Made by a program: the position numbers and the translations under genes
Shown: piece after piece, positions 7,419 through 14,061 of the stretch
Layout: the number at the start of each line of letters is the position of its first letter
How positions within the stretch are numbered: position 1 is the first letter of the stretch
Assembly: GCF_004341395.1 (NCBI RefSeq)
Contig: NZ_SLXT01000001.1
Span: 111,748-135,747, forward strand
Source: Heliophilum fasciatum
GTDB taxonomy: Bacteria > Bacillota > Desulfitobacteriia > Heliobacteriales > Heliobacteriaceae
Direction of reading: 5' to 3'
Length of the DNA stretch: 24,000 nt
Notes under the pieces: model-generated
The model's database searches: none
Seen by the model: only the letters and a program-made list of their open reading frames with translations
What the model was told of the DNA's origin: nothing

Positions 7419-7781
7419 TTACGCATTCAGTGCATCATCAATAGCGGTCCGAACTGCGTTTTCATCAAACGGTTTGGTTACATAACATTTGGCCCCGTGG
7501 TGGACAGCTTCCAGGATCTTGGCTGCATGCCCCAACGCGGAGATCATAACCACTTTGGCCTGGGTATCCCTTTGGAGGATGGCCTGTAATGCCTTAATCC
7601 CGTTCATTTTCGGCATGGTGATGTCCATCGTGACCAAGTCCGGTTTTAATTCGCTGAATTTTTGGCAAGCTTCTTCGCCGTCAACGGCTTCACCGACGAC
7701 AGTATGCCCGGAAGTATGGATAATTCTCCTCAATGCACTGCGTGACAAGTTCGAATCGTCACAGATCAGAATGCGAGCCAA
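7419..7781 (-). CDS. CheY-like single-domain response regulator
   Basis: The receiver residues are all present: ILICDDS, LVTMDITMP, VVMISA, TKPF. I prefer the TTG at 7781 (AAGGAGG 8 nt upstream, immediately after the upstream TAA), which gives 120 aa. The track's 151-aa version overlaps the upstream gene. Confidence 0.85.
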   Translation of the reverse strand: MARILICDDSNLSRSALRRIIHTSGHTVVGEAVDGEEACQKFSELKPDLVTMDITMPKMNGIKALQAILQRDTQAKVVMISALGHAAKILEAVHHGAKCYVTKPFDENAVRTAIDDALNA

Positions 7782-7794
7782 CCTTGATTCCTCC

Positions 7795-8721
7795 TTAAAC
7801 TGTTCCTTGTTCATCCTTGGACTGCTGTTCCAGCAGGTGTACCCCTTCAGCGATAAGGTAATCAAAATGTCCAAAGGTCATATGAACGGGAATGCGAAAA
7901 AAAGGTTTACTGTTACATAGCGATTGCCTTTTCAGGGCCACCGGCGGCAACAACTCCACCATGACGCCTCGCTGAGCAAGCGAAGCCTCAACCATGCCTC
8001 CGACAATGTTCAAGAGTTCACAAAGCGAATCGGCCATTTCGTTATCATCGACATTCATCGATTCCGCGAATAGCCTGGCTAATTTATTGAGTTTATCAAA
8101 GTTGCCGCCAACACCGACCAAGACGGTATAGTCACCTTGCATGACACTAAACATCAAATATTCAAAATCGTAATTCGTCAGCTTCTCCAAAGGCCCAAAT
8201 TGAAAGGATGCCTCAATAAACTTGATTACCTTGACAAAGGAAATCAGGCTGCTGCCGAAAATGGGGTCGGCAAATTCCATGGTGGTCTCGAAGGCCGTAA
8301 GTTCATCCATCATCATTTCTACACTCTCTTTTTGCAACGGTTCAACGGCAGCAGGATCACTTGTCGATTGTGATTTGTATTCGTCGATCAGCCTTTCAAT
8401 TTGCTCATAATCGAAAAATCCTTGGTTGACCAGCACTTGGCTAAAGGTAAGGTAGCTATGGATCGGTTGATCAAAAAGCTCTTCCATTTGGGCAATCGTT
8501 AGAAACCCTTCTTGAATGGCGATTTCACCGAAGCTTTTATCGCTTGCCCGTTGCAGTCGGTGAATGCGATCGACTTGTGCACCAGTCATGTAATCGCTGT
8601 CAATGGCCAGAAGACCAAGTTTGACCCGCACAAATTGTTGGGCCGCCAACACTTCATCTAATTGCTCCAACGTCAAGATATTCCTCTGGTGGATAAAATC
8701 GTAAAAATATTGGCGATACAT
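7795..8721 (-). CDS. CheX-like CheY-P phosphatase fused to an N-terminal four-fold helical repeat domain (MshEN/T2SSE_N-like)
   Basis: The C-terminal half has DSLCELLNIVGG...x21..P, close to the CheC/CheX/FliY signature D/S-x3-E-x2-N-x22-P, and it occurs once only. The N-terminal 125 aa hold four repeats of the type hGxhhhxxGhhTxxQhxxhhxxQ. The ATG is at 8721. Confidence 0.7.
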   Translation of the reverse strand: MYRQYFYDFIHQRNILTLEQLDEVLAAQQFVRVKLGLLAIDSDYMTGAQVDRIHRLQRASDKSFGEIAIQEGFLTIAQMEELFDQPIHSYLTFSQVLVNQGFFDYEQIERLIDEYKSQSTSDPAAVEPLQKESVEMMMDELTAFETTMEFADPIFGSSLISFVKVIKFIEASFQFGPLEKLTNYDFEYLMFSVMQGDYTVLVGVGGNFDKLNKLARLFAESMNVDDNEMADSLCELLNIVGGMVEASLAQRGVMVELLPPVALKRQSLCNSKPFFRIPVHMTFGHFDYLIAEGVHLLEQQSKDEQGTV

Positions 8722-8780
8722 GATTGCCTCACTCTCAAGATGCCATCGGAAAAGCCAACTTATATCCGGTTTTGTGTTAA

Positions 8781-8808
8781 CCCTGGAAAAATCATAGCAA
8801 ACCACCTT
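8781..8808 (-). promoter_or_regulatory. candidate sigma-A-type promoter for the CheX-CheY-kinase operon
   Basis: On the minus strand: TTGATG (8808..8803), 16 nt, TATGAT (8786..8781). It lies about 60 nt upstream of the ATG. Confidence 0.45.
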
Positions 8809-8843
8809 TATCCATCAATGGACTTTGTGTTAAATTCATGTAA

Positions 8844-8881
8844 ACTTATAAACCCTCCATCCCGCTACGCGATGGAGGGTT
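8844..8881 (-). terminator. terminator after crcB
   Basis: Perfect 11-bp stem AACCCTCCATC / GATGGAGGGTT with a 9-nt loop. It starts at the crcB stop codon and is followed by UUUAUAAGUUU, a moderate U tract. Confidence 0.6.
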
Positions 8882-9258
8882 TACCCCAGAAAATAACCTA
8901 GCCCACAAGCCAGCAATCCCATGACCGTTGTACCCAAGAGATAGGTAAAAAATTTATCCCATTTGCCCAACTCAATCAAACGTACCGCTTCATAGCCAAA
9001 GGTTGAAAAGGTCGTATAGGCACCTAAAAAGCCGATCTGCCATCCATAGCGTTCCACCAGGGCCGCCATCGAGCCATCATCGGTTACTGATTCCAGATGG
9101 GCCGCCGAAAGCCCAAGCAAAAAGGCCCCGGTAACATTGATGAACATGGTCATCCAGGGAATCTTCGCCCCCGGCCAGCGTTTGCCGCTCCACAGCGCCA
9201 GCCCGTAGCGCAGCCAGGCGCCACCAATACCGCCCAACCCAATCCACAACAATTCCAT
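8881..9258 (-). CDS. crcB: fluoride ion channel CrcB/Fluc, second subunit
   Basis: Product MELLWIGLGGIGGAWLRY...GFLGAYTTFSTF. The ATG at 9258 has an AGGAGG RBS that overlaps the upstream stop. Confidence 0.9.
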   Translation of the reverse strand: MELLWIGLGGIGGAWLRYGLALWSGKRWPGAKIPWMTMFINVTGAFLLGLSAAHLESVTDDGSMAALVERYGWQIGFLGAYTTFSTFGYEAVRLIELGKWDKFFTYLLGTTVMGLLACGLGYFLG

Positions 9259-9262
9259 CGGT

Positions 9263-9706
9263 TTATTCCTCCTGCGCCGGCTGACCTTCGGTTCGCGCAC
9301 CTTGCGATCGGTGGTGCCGTCGCTGGGCCCGCTCCAAGTTGCGCGCCCAGAACACACCCAGCGCCGACAAAACGGTGCCGCCAGCGATGCTGGCCATCAG
9401 GTAGATCCCTAAGGACCAAAAAGCCCGGCTGTTCAAGAGATAAACACATTCTAACGTAAAGGTTGAAAAAGTAGTAAAAGCCCCTAAAAAACCGGTGCCC
9501 AATCCCACCCGGATGGAGGGGCGTACAGAATAGTATTCAAGGGTAATTGTCAAAAAGAAAGCGAGCACCAAGCAGCCGCTCAAGTTAATAAGCAGCGTTC
9601 CCCAGGGAAAACCGCTCTGGGCCACCCAAGGAGCGCACCACTGCCCCATCTCATAGCGCAGGATCGCCCCAAGGAACCCTCCGATGCCGACGGCCAATAA
9701 CTGCAT
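9263..9706 (-). CDS. crcB: fluoride ion channel CrcB/Fluc, first subunit, with a charged C-terminal tail
   Basis: Product MQLLAVGIGGFLGAILRY...GFLGAFTTFSTF. A GAGGAG RBS precedes it. The extra tail is NLERAQRRHHRSQGARTEGQPAQEE. Confidence 0.9.
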   Translation of the reverse strand: MQLLAVGIGGFLGAILRYEMGQWCAPWVAQSGFPWGTLLINLSGCLVLAFFLTITLEYYSVRPSIRVGLGTGFLGAFTTFSTFTLECVYLLNSRAFWSLGIYLMASIAGGTVLSALGVFWARNLERAQRRHHRSQGARTEGQPAQEE

Positions 9707-9752
9707 AGTATTCTCCTCAACAACTTAATCACAGCAACATTGCTCATGCCTG

Positions 9753-9788
9753 GCCCACCATGTTGGCAAAAGTCGAATCATGGTGGGC
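9753..9788 (-). other. perfect 10-bp hairpin in the crcB leader
   Basis: GCCCACCATG, 16 nt, CATGGTGGGC. No U tract follows on the minus strand. It lies about 50 nt upstream of the crcB start. Confidence 0.5.
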
Positions 9789-9953
9789 TGTGCTTTTAGC
9801 GATATTTTATTAAGGATATTACTGCAAAAATCATCGACTGGCTATAGATCCCCTTGTTTTTTCTCTTCACAGGCATCATCACTGCGGCCAAATCCCTGTT
9901 CTGTTTTTCGCTCTTTCGCTCGCTCTTGCGATCACTTTTCAGCTTCCGTGCTT

Positions 9954-11192
9954 TCATCTCGCCGCCAGCGGACTGCTTTGGGCCAGATCGGTCAGCGTAA
10001 TCACATCGACATCAGCCCGCACCAAATGATCGATGACCGCTTGAAAGGTCTCGATTGTCACTTGATCATCCCGCGTCACCACCGGGACAAGATCATGAAA
10101 GGTGATCGTCAGCAATCCGCCATGATTGGCACAATCGTCAATGAGGGCCTGGATCTGAGCGGCCGTACGATTTTCACAAATCGTGCTATGCATCGTCCAC
10201 CGCCCGAGCGGCGGAAAGGTATCGATACAGTCAGCGCCTCCATAAGCCAGCGTGTGATAATCCCGCGCTTTTTGATAACTCATTGCCGAAACCTGATGAC
10301 CGGGAAAAACGAAAAATTGCGCCCCCTGAGCAAAACCGTGATGACGCAACCAGCGATAGGATGCACCGATTTCGTACTCAAGCAATGCAGGATTGCCGTC
10401 AAGATTCGGCAATGACGGATGGGACATCGTATGGGAACTGATATCCCACCCTTGCGATTGTAAGGCGCGAATCTGCTCCACCGTCATGTGCAATCGCCCT
10501 TCGATGATTTTTCCGATGTTCCCCACGATCACGCTGGCAAATCCCACAAGTCCCTTACGGGCCATATAGGGCAATGCCACAGCGTAGACGCTTTGAAAAC
10601 CGTCATCAAAACGGACGATGACCTTGCCTCGTTTTGTCCCATAACGTACTCCTCGGAGATCGTCCAAGGAAAGACCACGGGCATCACCGGTGGCCGTCAC
10701 TTCGCAACCTTGGATCGCCGCCCAGTCATTTACGGTCGCGCCACCGAAGGCCAGAAAGTCAGACTTACGCACAGCGACGGTCTGCCATTGACGGTCCACC
10801 CTGATCCTGGCCTTGATCTCGCCGCTGGAAAAGCCTTTACGCTTTCCTTCTCCCGCAAAAAACTTGATCACCAAGGACGTGAGCAATGAGGGCGCAGCAT
10901 GTGGATAGATATCAACGGCAAGAGCATCCGCTTGCGATACATCCCAAGACCCGTTGATGACAATGTGAATCCTATTTCCAGTAACCTGCAGCGCCCGAAC
11001 CCCTTGCGAAAAATTCGTCGGATCATACGCCGCCTGTCCCAACAAGACGGCAACCCTATTTTCCCCAACCTCAAACCCTGCCAACGGGAGCGGACGCCCC
11101 GCGAGACCGCGCATCGCCACGGCCGCTTTGATCTCCCGTTCAATCCGGTCGTTTTCTTCCTGCAGACGAACCAACTCATGAGCAAGTTGCAC
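9954..11192 (-). CDS. polysaccharide deacetylase (CE4/NodB domain) with an uncharacterised N-terminal region
   Basis: NodB motifs are present: RFDDGF and SSHTMSHP. The track start (ATG 11261) lies in the loop of the upstream terminator hairpin. I therefore prefer the GTG at 11192, preceded by GAGGCGGTGAT. The start remains uncertain. Confidence 0.75.
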   Translation of the reverse strand: MQLAHELVRLQEENDRIEREIKAAVAMRGLAGRPLPLAGFEVGENRVAVLLGQAAYDPTNFSQGVRALQVTGNRIHIVINGSWDVSQADALAVDIYPHAAPSLLTSLVIKFFAGEGKRKGFSSGEIKARIRVDRQWQTVAVRKSDFLAFGGATVNDWAAIQGCEVTATGDARGLSLDDLRGVRYGTKRGKVIVRFDDGFQSVYAVALPYMARKGLVGFASVIVGNIGKIIEGRLHMTVEQIRALQSQGWDISSHTMSHPSLPNLDGNPALLEYEIGASYRWLRHHGFAQGAQFFVFPGHQVSAMSYQKARDYHTLAYGGADCIDTFPPLGRWTMHSTICENRTAAQIQALIDDCANHGGLLTITFHDLVPVVTRDDQVTIETFQAVIDHLVRADVDVITLTDLAQSSPLAAR

Positions 11193-11235
11193 GGATATCA
11201 CCGCCTCGATTTTTTTAGTCCTGCCCCACTTTAAA

Positions 11236-11281
11236 AAGACCATCACCCGGCCAGGTTTCATCCTGTCGAGGTGATGGTCTT
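11236..11281. terminator. terminator after the CDF transporter gene (bidirectional in form)
   Basis: Perfect 12-bp stem AAGACCATCACC / GGTGATGGTCTT with a 22-nt loop. T-runs follow on both strands (minus: CTTTTTAAAG; plus: TTTTCTTTTCC). Confidence 0.65.
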
Positions 11282-11320
11282 TTCTTTTCCTCCCGGCTCA
11301 ATACTATCCATACTCCGTGG

Positions 11321-12310
11321 TCATTCGCCGTCACTCGTACCCTTCCAGTGGGGAATCTTGTCGTCTTCGACACCGTCAAGGATGATCTTGATGATATCGG
11401 AGTCAATGGCCATGATTTCCGCACGCAGCGCTTCTTTGGCGGCATCAACTTTACGAAAAGGAAGTGTCGACTTCCACTCCATTTCACAGGCAACGACCGT
11501 TTTGTCACCTTCGGCCAGCAAATAAAGATTGCGAATGTCTGCAACATTGGCATTGGAGATGATCACTTTAGCCACTTTGTCCCGCAAGCTCTCCGGGGCT
11601 GCTACCCCGATGAGCGCCAAGGCGTTTTCCCAACCGATCTTGAGCGCGATCAGCACCAGAACCGCCCCGATGATCATCGTCACCACCGGGTCAATCCAGG
11701 CGATGTGGCTAAAGTGTCCGATCACGACGGCCACCAGTGCTAGCAATGCCCCACCGACAGCGATAAAATCCTCCCAGAACACCAGCTTTGTCGGGGGACT
11801 GGCCAGGTGTAAATTCGCCAGGGCCACAAAGGGGAGTTGCACCAGACCAACATGACCGGAACCGCTTTCTTCGGCGACCTCTCGCATCGCCCCCAGCCAA
11901 ACCTTGCCGTCAACGCCAATCGACAACAGCAGCGCAGCGATGGCGATCAGGAAATTTCCCTCCGCTTCCGGATGCATCAGCAGTTCATAGCCATGGAGTA
12001 CCGTTTTGGTGCTCATGAACACAATAAAAGCGGCCGCCAACAGGCATAACAAGTTGACCAAGCGCCCAAAACCATGGGGATACTTATCCGTTGGCTCATG
12101 TTCGGCAAAGATGCTGCCAAACCAAACCAGCCCCTGGTTGGCGGCATCGGCCACTGTGTGGATCGCTTCCGCGAACATCGCCCCGGAACCACTCATGACC
12201 GCAGCCCCGTATTTTACCATCGATAGCATCACGTTACCCAAAAAAGCGGACTTCGCCGACTGGTTACCCCGTTGGTACCACGGAGCATCCCCATGAATTA
12301 GCACATCCAT
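11321..12310 (-). CDS. cation diffusion facilitator (CDF) family metal transporter
   Basis: HxxxD motif in TM2 (AEAIHTVADAAN), PHGFGR, a TM5 Asp/His region, and a C-terminal dimerisation-type domain. The start is ATG 12310 or GTG 12304, next to GGAGGA. The track's TTG at 12340 has no RBS. Confidence 0.8.
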   Translation of the reverse strand: MDVLIHGDAPWYQRGNQSAKSAFLGNVMLSMVKYGAAVMSGSGAMFAEAIHTVADAANQGLVWFGSIFAEHEPTDKYPHGFGRLVNLLCLLAAAFIVFMSTKTVLHGYELLMHPEAEGNFLIAIAALLLSIGVDGKVWLGAMREVAEESGSGHVGLVQLPFVALANLHLASPPTKLVFWEDFIAVGGALLALVAVVIGHFSHIAWIDPVVTMIIGAVLVLIALKIGWENALALIGVAAPESLRDKVAKVIISNANVADIRNLYLLAEGDKTVVACEMEWKSTLPFRKVDAAKEALRAEIMAIDSDIIKIILDGVEDDKIPHWKGTSDGE

Positions 12311-12394
12311 TCCTCCAAACCCAGCCGTAGGTATCCACAATGGGTAAGGGCCATTTCTAGTGTATGCAACCCACGGGATAGATAAACATCACTA

Positions 12395-12436
12395 ATCGCA
12401 GGCCGACACCCGATGACCAGCGCATCGGCCTGCGAT
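12395..12436 (-). terminator. strong hairpin between cobW and the CDF gene (possible terminator or processing site)
   Basis: Perfect 12-bp stem ATCGCAGGCCGA / TCGGCCTGCGAT with an inner CGATG/CATCG stem. The downstream U tract is poor (UAGUGAUGUUUAUCU). Confidence 0.4.
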
Positions 12437-12456
12437 AAACTGTTGTTTCTGAATTT

Positions 12457-13407
12457 TTAGCAGATAGTGCCAAAAAGTTCATTAAGCGCTTTTTTATTTA
12501 CATTGTACCCGATGAAGCACAGTCGACTTTTCTGATGAGTTCCTGCTTCCTTGATCCGATAGAAACCCCGAACATAATCAAACTGTAGCCACCCGTCTTG
12601 CCCAGCTCGGATTAATCCTTTGCCACGCAGGATAGTGCCAAAGATATCGTTATGCGGCAAGACATTCAGGTTTGCTTTTATTTCTGCTGCACTGAAGGAG
12701 CGTTCCGTCTCTGCGCCCCAGATGTCAATGATTTTTTGGCCCGCTGCCTCATGATCGTCACAATGGCTGTGATCATGAAACGCTTTCGGAACTGCCCCAT
12801 CCAACTCTGGACTGAGTTCGGCGATGGCCAAAATCTCATCGCCAGTCAATACCGCCCAATCAGCCGTAATCAAATTGGCGTAACGATTTATTTCCGATAC
12901 AGAAGCAACAACGCTATCGATTACCGGATCATCGACTTCTTGTGTTTTACTCAACAGGATTGTTTTTGCATGGGCAATCTGATCGTGATAAAACTCGCCA
13001 AAATCTTCGATATACGCTTGATGATGAACGACATCCACAACCGTAATCAAGGCATTTAGGGTGAGGTCATTTTTCCCGGCAGCCTTTTGGCAGGCTTTGA
13101 TGACATCGGTTAACCTCGCCAAGCCTGTTGGTTCGATGATGATCCGCTCCGGCTTATAAGCAGTGACAATCTCATCAATTCCTCGGATAAAGTCACCGAC
13201 CAAGCTGCAGCAGATGCAACCGGAGTTGATCTCCAGGACTTCGATCTTTTGTTCGCGAAGAACATGGCCATCGATGCCAATTTCGCCAAACTCGTTTTCG
13301 ATGATGACCACCTTTTCACCGGTAAGGCTTTCTTTTAGCAATTTGGAAAGCAATGTGGTTTTGCCTGCTCCTAAGAAACCGGAAATAATATCAACTTTTA
13401 TGCTCAT
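12457..13407 (-). CDS. CobW/COG0523 family G3E GTPase metallochaperone
   Basis: P-loop GFLGAGKTTLL, CxCC motif SGCICCS, EPTGLA, and a His-rich stretch HDHSHCDDHE. The ATG at 13407 has AAGGTGA 5 nt upstream. Confidence 0.9.
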   Translation of the reverse strand: MSIKVDIISGFLGAGKTTLLSKLLKESLTGEKVVIIENEFGEIGIDGHVLREQKIEVLEINSGCICCSLVGDFIRGIDEIVTAYKPERIIIEPTGLARLTDVIKACQKAAGKNDLTLNALITVVDVVHHQAYIEDFGEFYHDQIAHAKTILLSKTQEVDDPVIDSVVASVSEINRYANLITADWAVLTGDEILAIAELSPELDGAVPKAFHDHSHCDDHEAAGQKIIDIWGAETERSFSAAEIKANLNVLPHNDIFGTILRGKGLIRAGQDGWLQFDYVRGFYRIKEAGTHQKSRLCFIGYNVNKKALNELFGTIC

Positions 13408-13465
13408 TGCACTCACCTTTTTTCATCATTGTTATTCGTTACGGTGATCATCAGCCAAATCCCAG

Positions 13466-13537
13466 TCAGTAATCGTACAACTGTCCGGACAATAATTCTT
13501 CCTTCATGATCTCGCAAGCAATGATTTTTATCGTCAC
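13466..13537 (-). CDS. 23-codon sORF upstream of cobW (possible DUF1638 N-terminal remnant or leader peptide)
   Basis: GGAAGGAGG lies 6 nt before the GTG at 13537. The product is MTIKIIACEIMKEELLSGQLYDY*. As I recall them, DUF1638 proteins of methyltransferase clusters start with a similar IIACE..EL pattern. Confidence 0.3.
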   Translation of the reverse strand: MTIKIIACEIMKEELLSGQLYDY

Positions 13538-13573
13538 CAATATCCTCCTTCCATTCAAGCCATCAAATCAGAA

Positions 13574-13609
13574 TTTAAAACAAAAAGGCCTGGCATGATC
13601 GCCAAGCCT
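13574..13609 (-). terminator. intrinsic terminator/attenuator at the end of the cobW leader
   Basis: On the minus strand: AGGCTTGGC-GATCAT-GCCAGGCCT (one C.A mismatch), followed by TTTTTGTTTTAAA. It lies between a good promoter and the RBS of the sORF/cobW. Confidence 0.7.
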
Positions 13610-13724
13610 CCAGTTCTCTGGTCAGCTATGAACACATGATTAGCATTCAGTTCAGTGGTTGGTTGGTTTCGCTTCCGGACATCGCCATCCGCATATAATT
13701 GACTATTCAGGTATGAATATATGT

Positions 13725-13754
13725 ATTTTATCATCTCATCACAAGGGTGGTCAA
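13725..13754 (-). promoter_or_regulatory. promoter of the cobW-CDF leader
   Basis: On the minus strand: TTGACC (13754..13749), 18 nt, TAAAAT (13730..13725). Confidence 0.65.
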
Positions 13755-13772
13755 ATTCTTTGTCCAAAGAAT
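13755..13772. promoter_or_regulatory. 8-2-8 perfect palindrome between divergent -35 boxes (candidate operator)
   Basis: ATTCTTTG-TC-CAAAGAAT. It abuts the minus-strand -35 and lies 10 nt from the plus-strand -35. Confidence 0.5.
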
Positions 13773-13781
13773 AAATTTATC

Positions 13782-13810
13782 TTGACACGATTCTCATCGC
13801 CGACTAACAT
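13782..13810 (+). promoter_or_regulatory. promoter of the plus-strand leader/sRNA upstream of the methyltransferase-corrinoid operon
   Basis: TTGACA (13782..13787), 17 nt, TAACAT (13805..13810). Confidence 0.65.
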
Positions 13811-13863
13811 AATAAATACGAATCGGTTTACTAGTATTTAAATACGGAGCCAACCGGAAAACC

Positions 13864-13921
13864 GGAGGCTGAGCGACACCTATCCACTGCGCGATAGGGT
13901 TACTCAGCCTCCTTTTTTTTT
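13864..13921 (+). terminator. strong intrinsic terminator/attenuator about 100 nt downstream of the plus-strand promoter
   Basis: GGAGGCTGAG / CTCAGCCTCC is a perfect 10-bp stem. An inner CCTATC/GATAGG stem sits within it, and T9 follows. A competing hairpin AGCC-aa-CCGG-aaaa-CCGG-a-GGCT (13848..13870) overlaps the left arm. Confidence 0.8.
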
Positions 13922-14061
13922 CAAAAGGGGTGATTGAGCAGCGTGATTGCCTAACCCAATAAAGGCAGGTATCGCCAGGCACTCTGGAAACAATCCCATA
14001 ATCCTGATCAAAACTTACTGAAGCAAACCGCACTCTGTCGAAAAAAGAGTAAAAAAGGAAG

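Noticed and set aside
9868-9885. UGAUGAUGCCU on the minus strand resembles the 3' pseudoknot strand of the fluoride riboswitch upstream of crcB.
   Set aside because: The obligatory 5' half (GGnGAUGG..UUC..CC, with a GGCAU complement) is absent within 150 nt. It is therefore not called as a riboswitch, only flagged for a cmsearch check.
12341-12456. A NiCo (czcD-motif) riboswitch upstream of the CDF transporter gene.
   Set aside because: The gap holds one long perfect hairpin, not a four-way junction. From memory, it lacks the conserved G-rich junction nucleotides. It is treated as a terminator or processing hairpin.
13720-13741. The AT-rich imperfect palindrome ATGATAAAATACATATATTCAT overlapping the cobW -10, as a possible Zur/Fur-family box.
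   Set aside because: Only 7 of 11 positions pair, in AT-rich sequence. There is no match to the TCGTAAT-N-ATTACGA Zur core. The evidence is too weak to call and needs a PWM scan.
13560-14061. A cobalamin riboswitch in either leader of the cobW / methyltransferase control region. Also considered for 23686..23856.
   Set aside because: No B12 box (AGYCMGGAGACCKGCC-like) and no GGGAA..GGUG.AA.UCC core is present. CCACUG in the minus leader is the only resemblance. The leaders are also shorter than typical class I elements.
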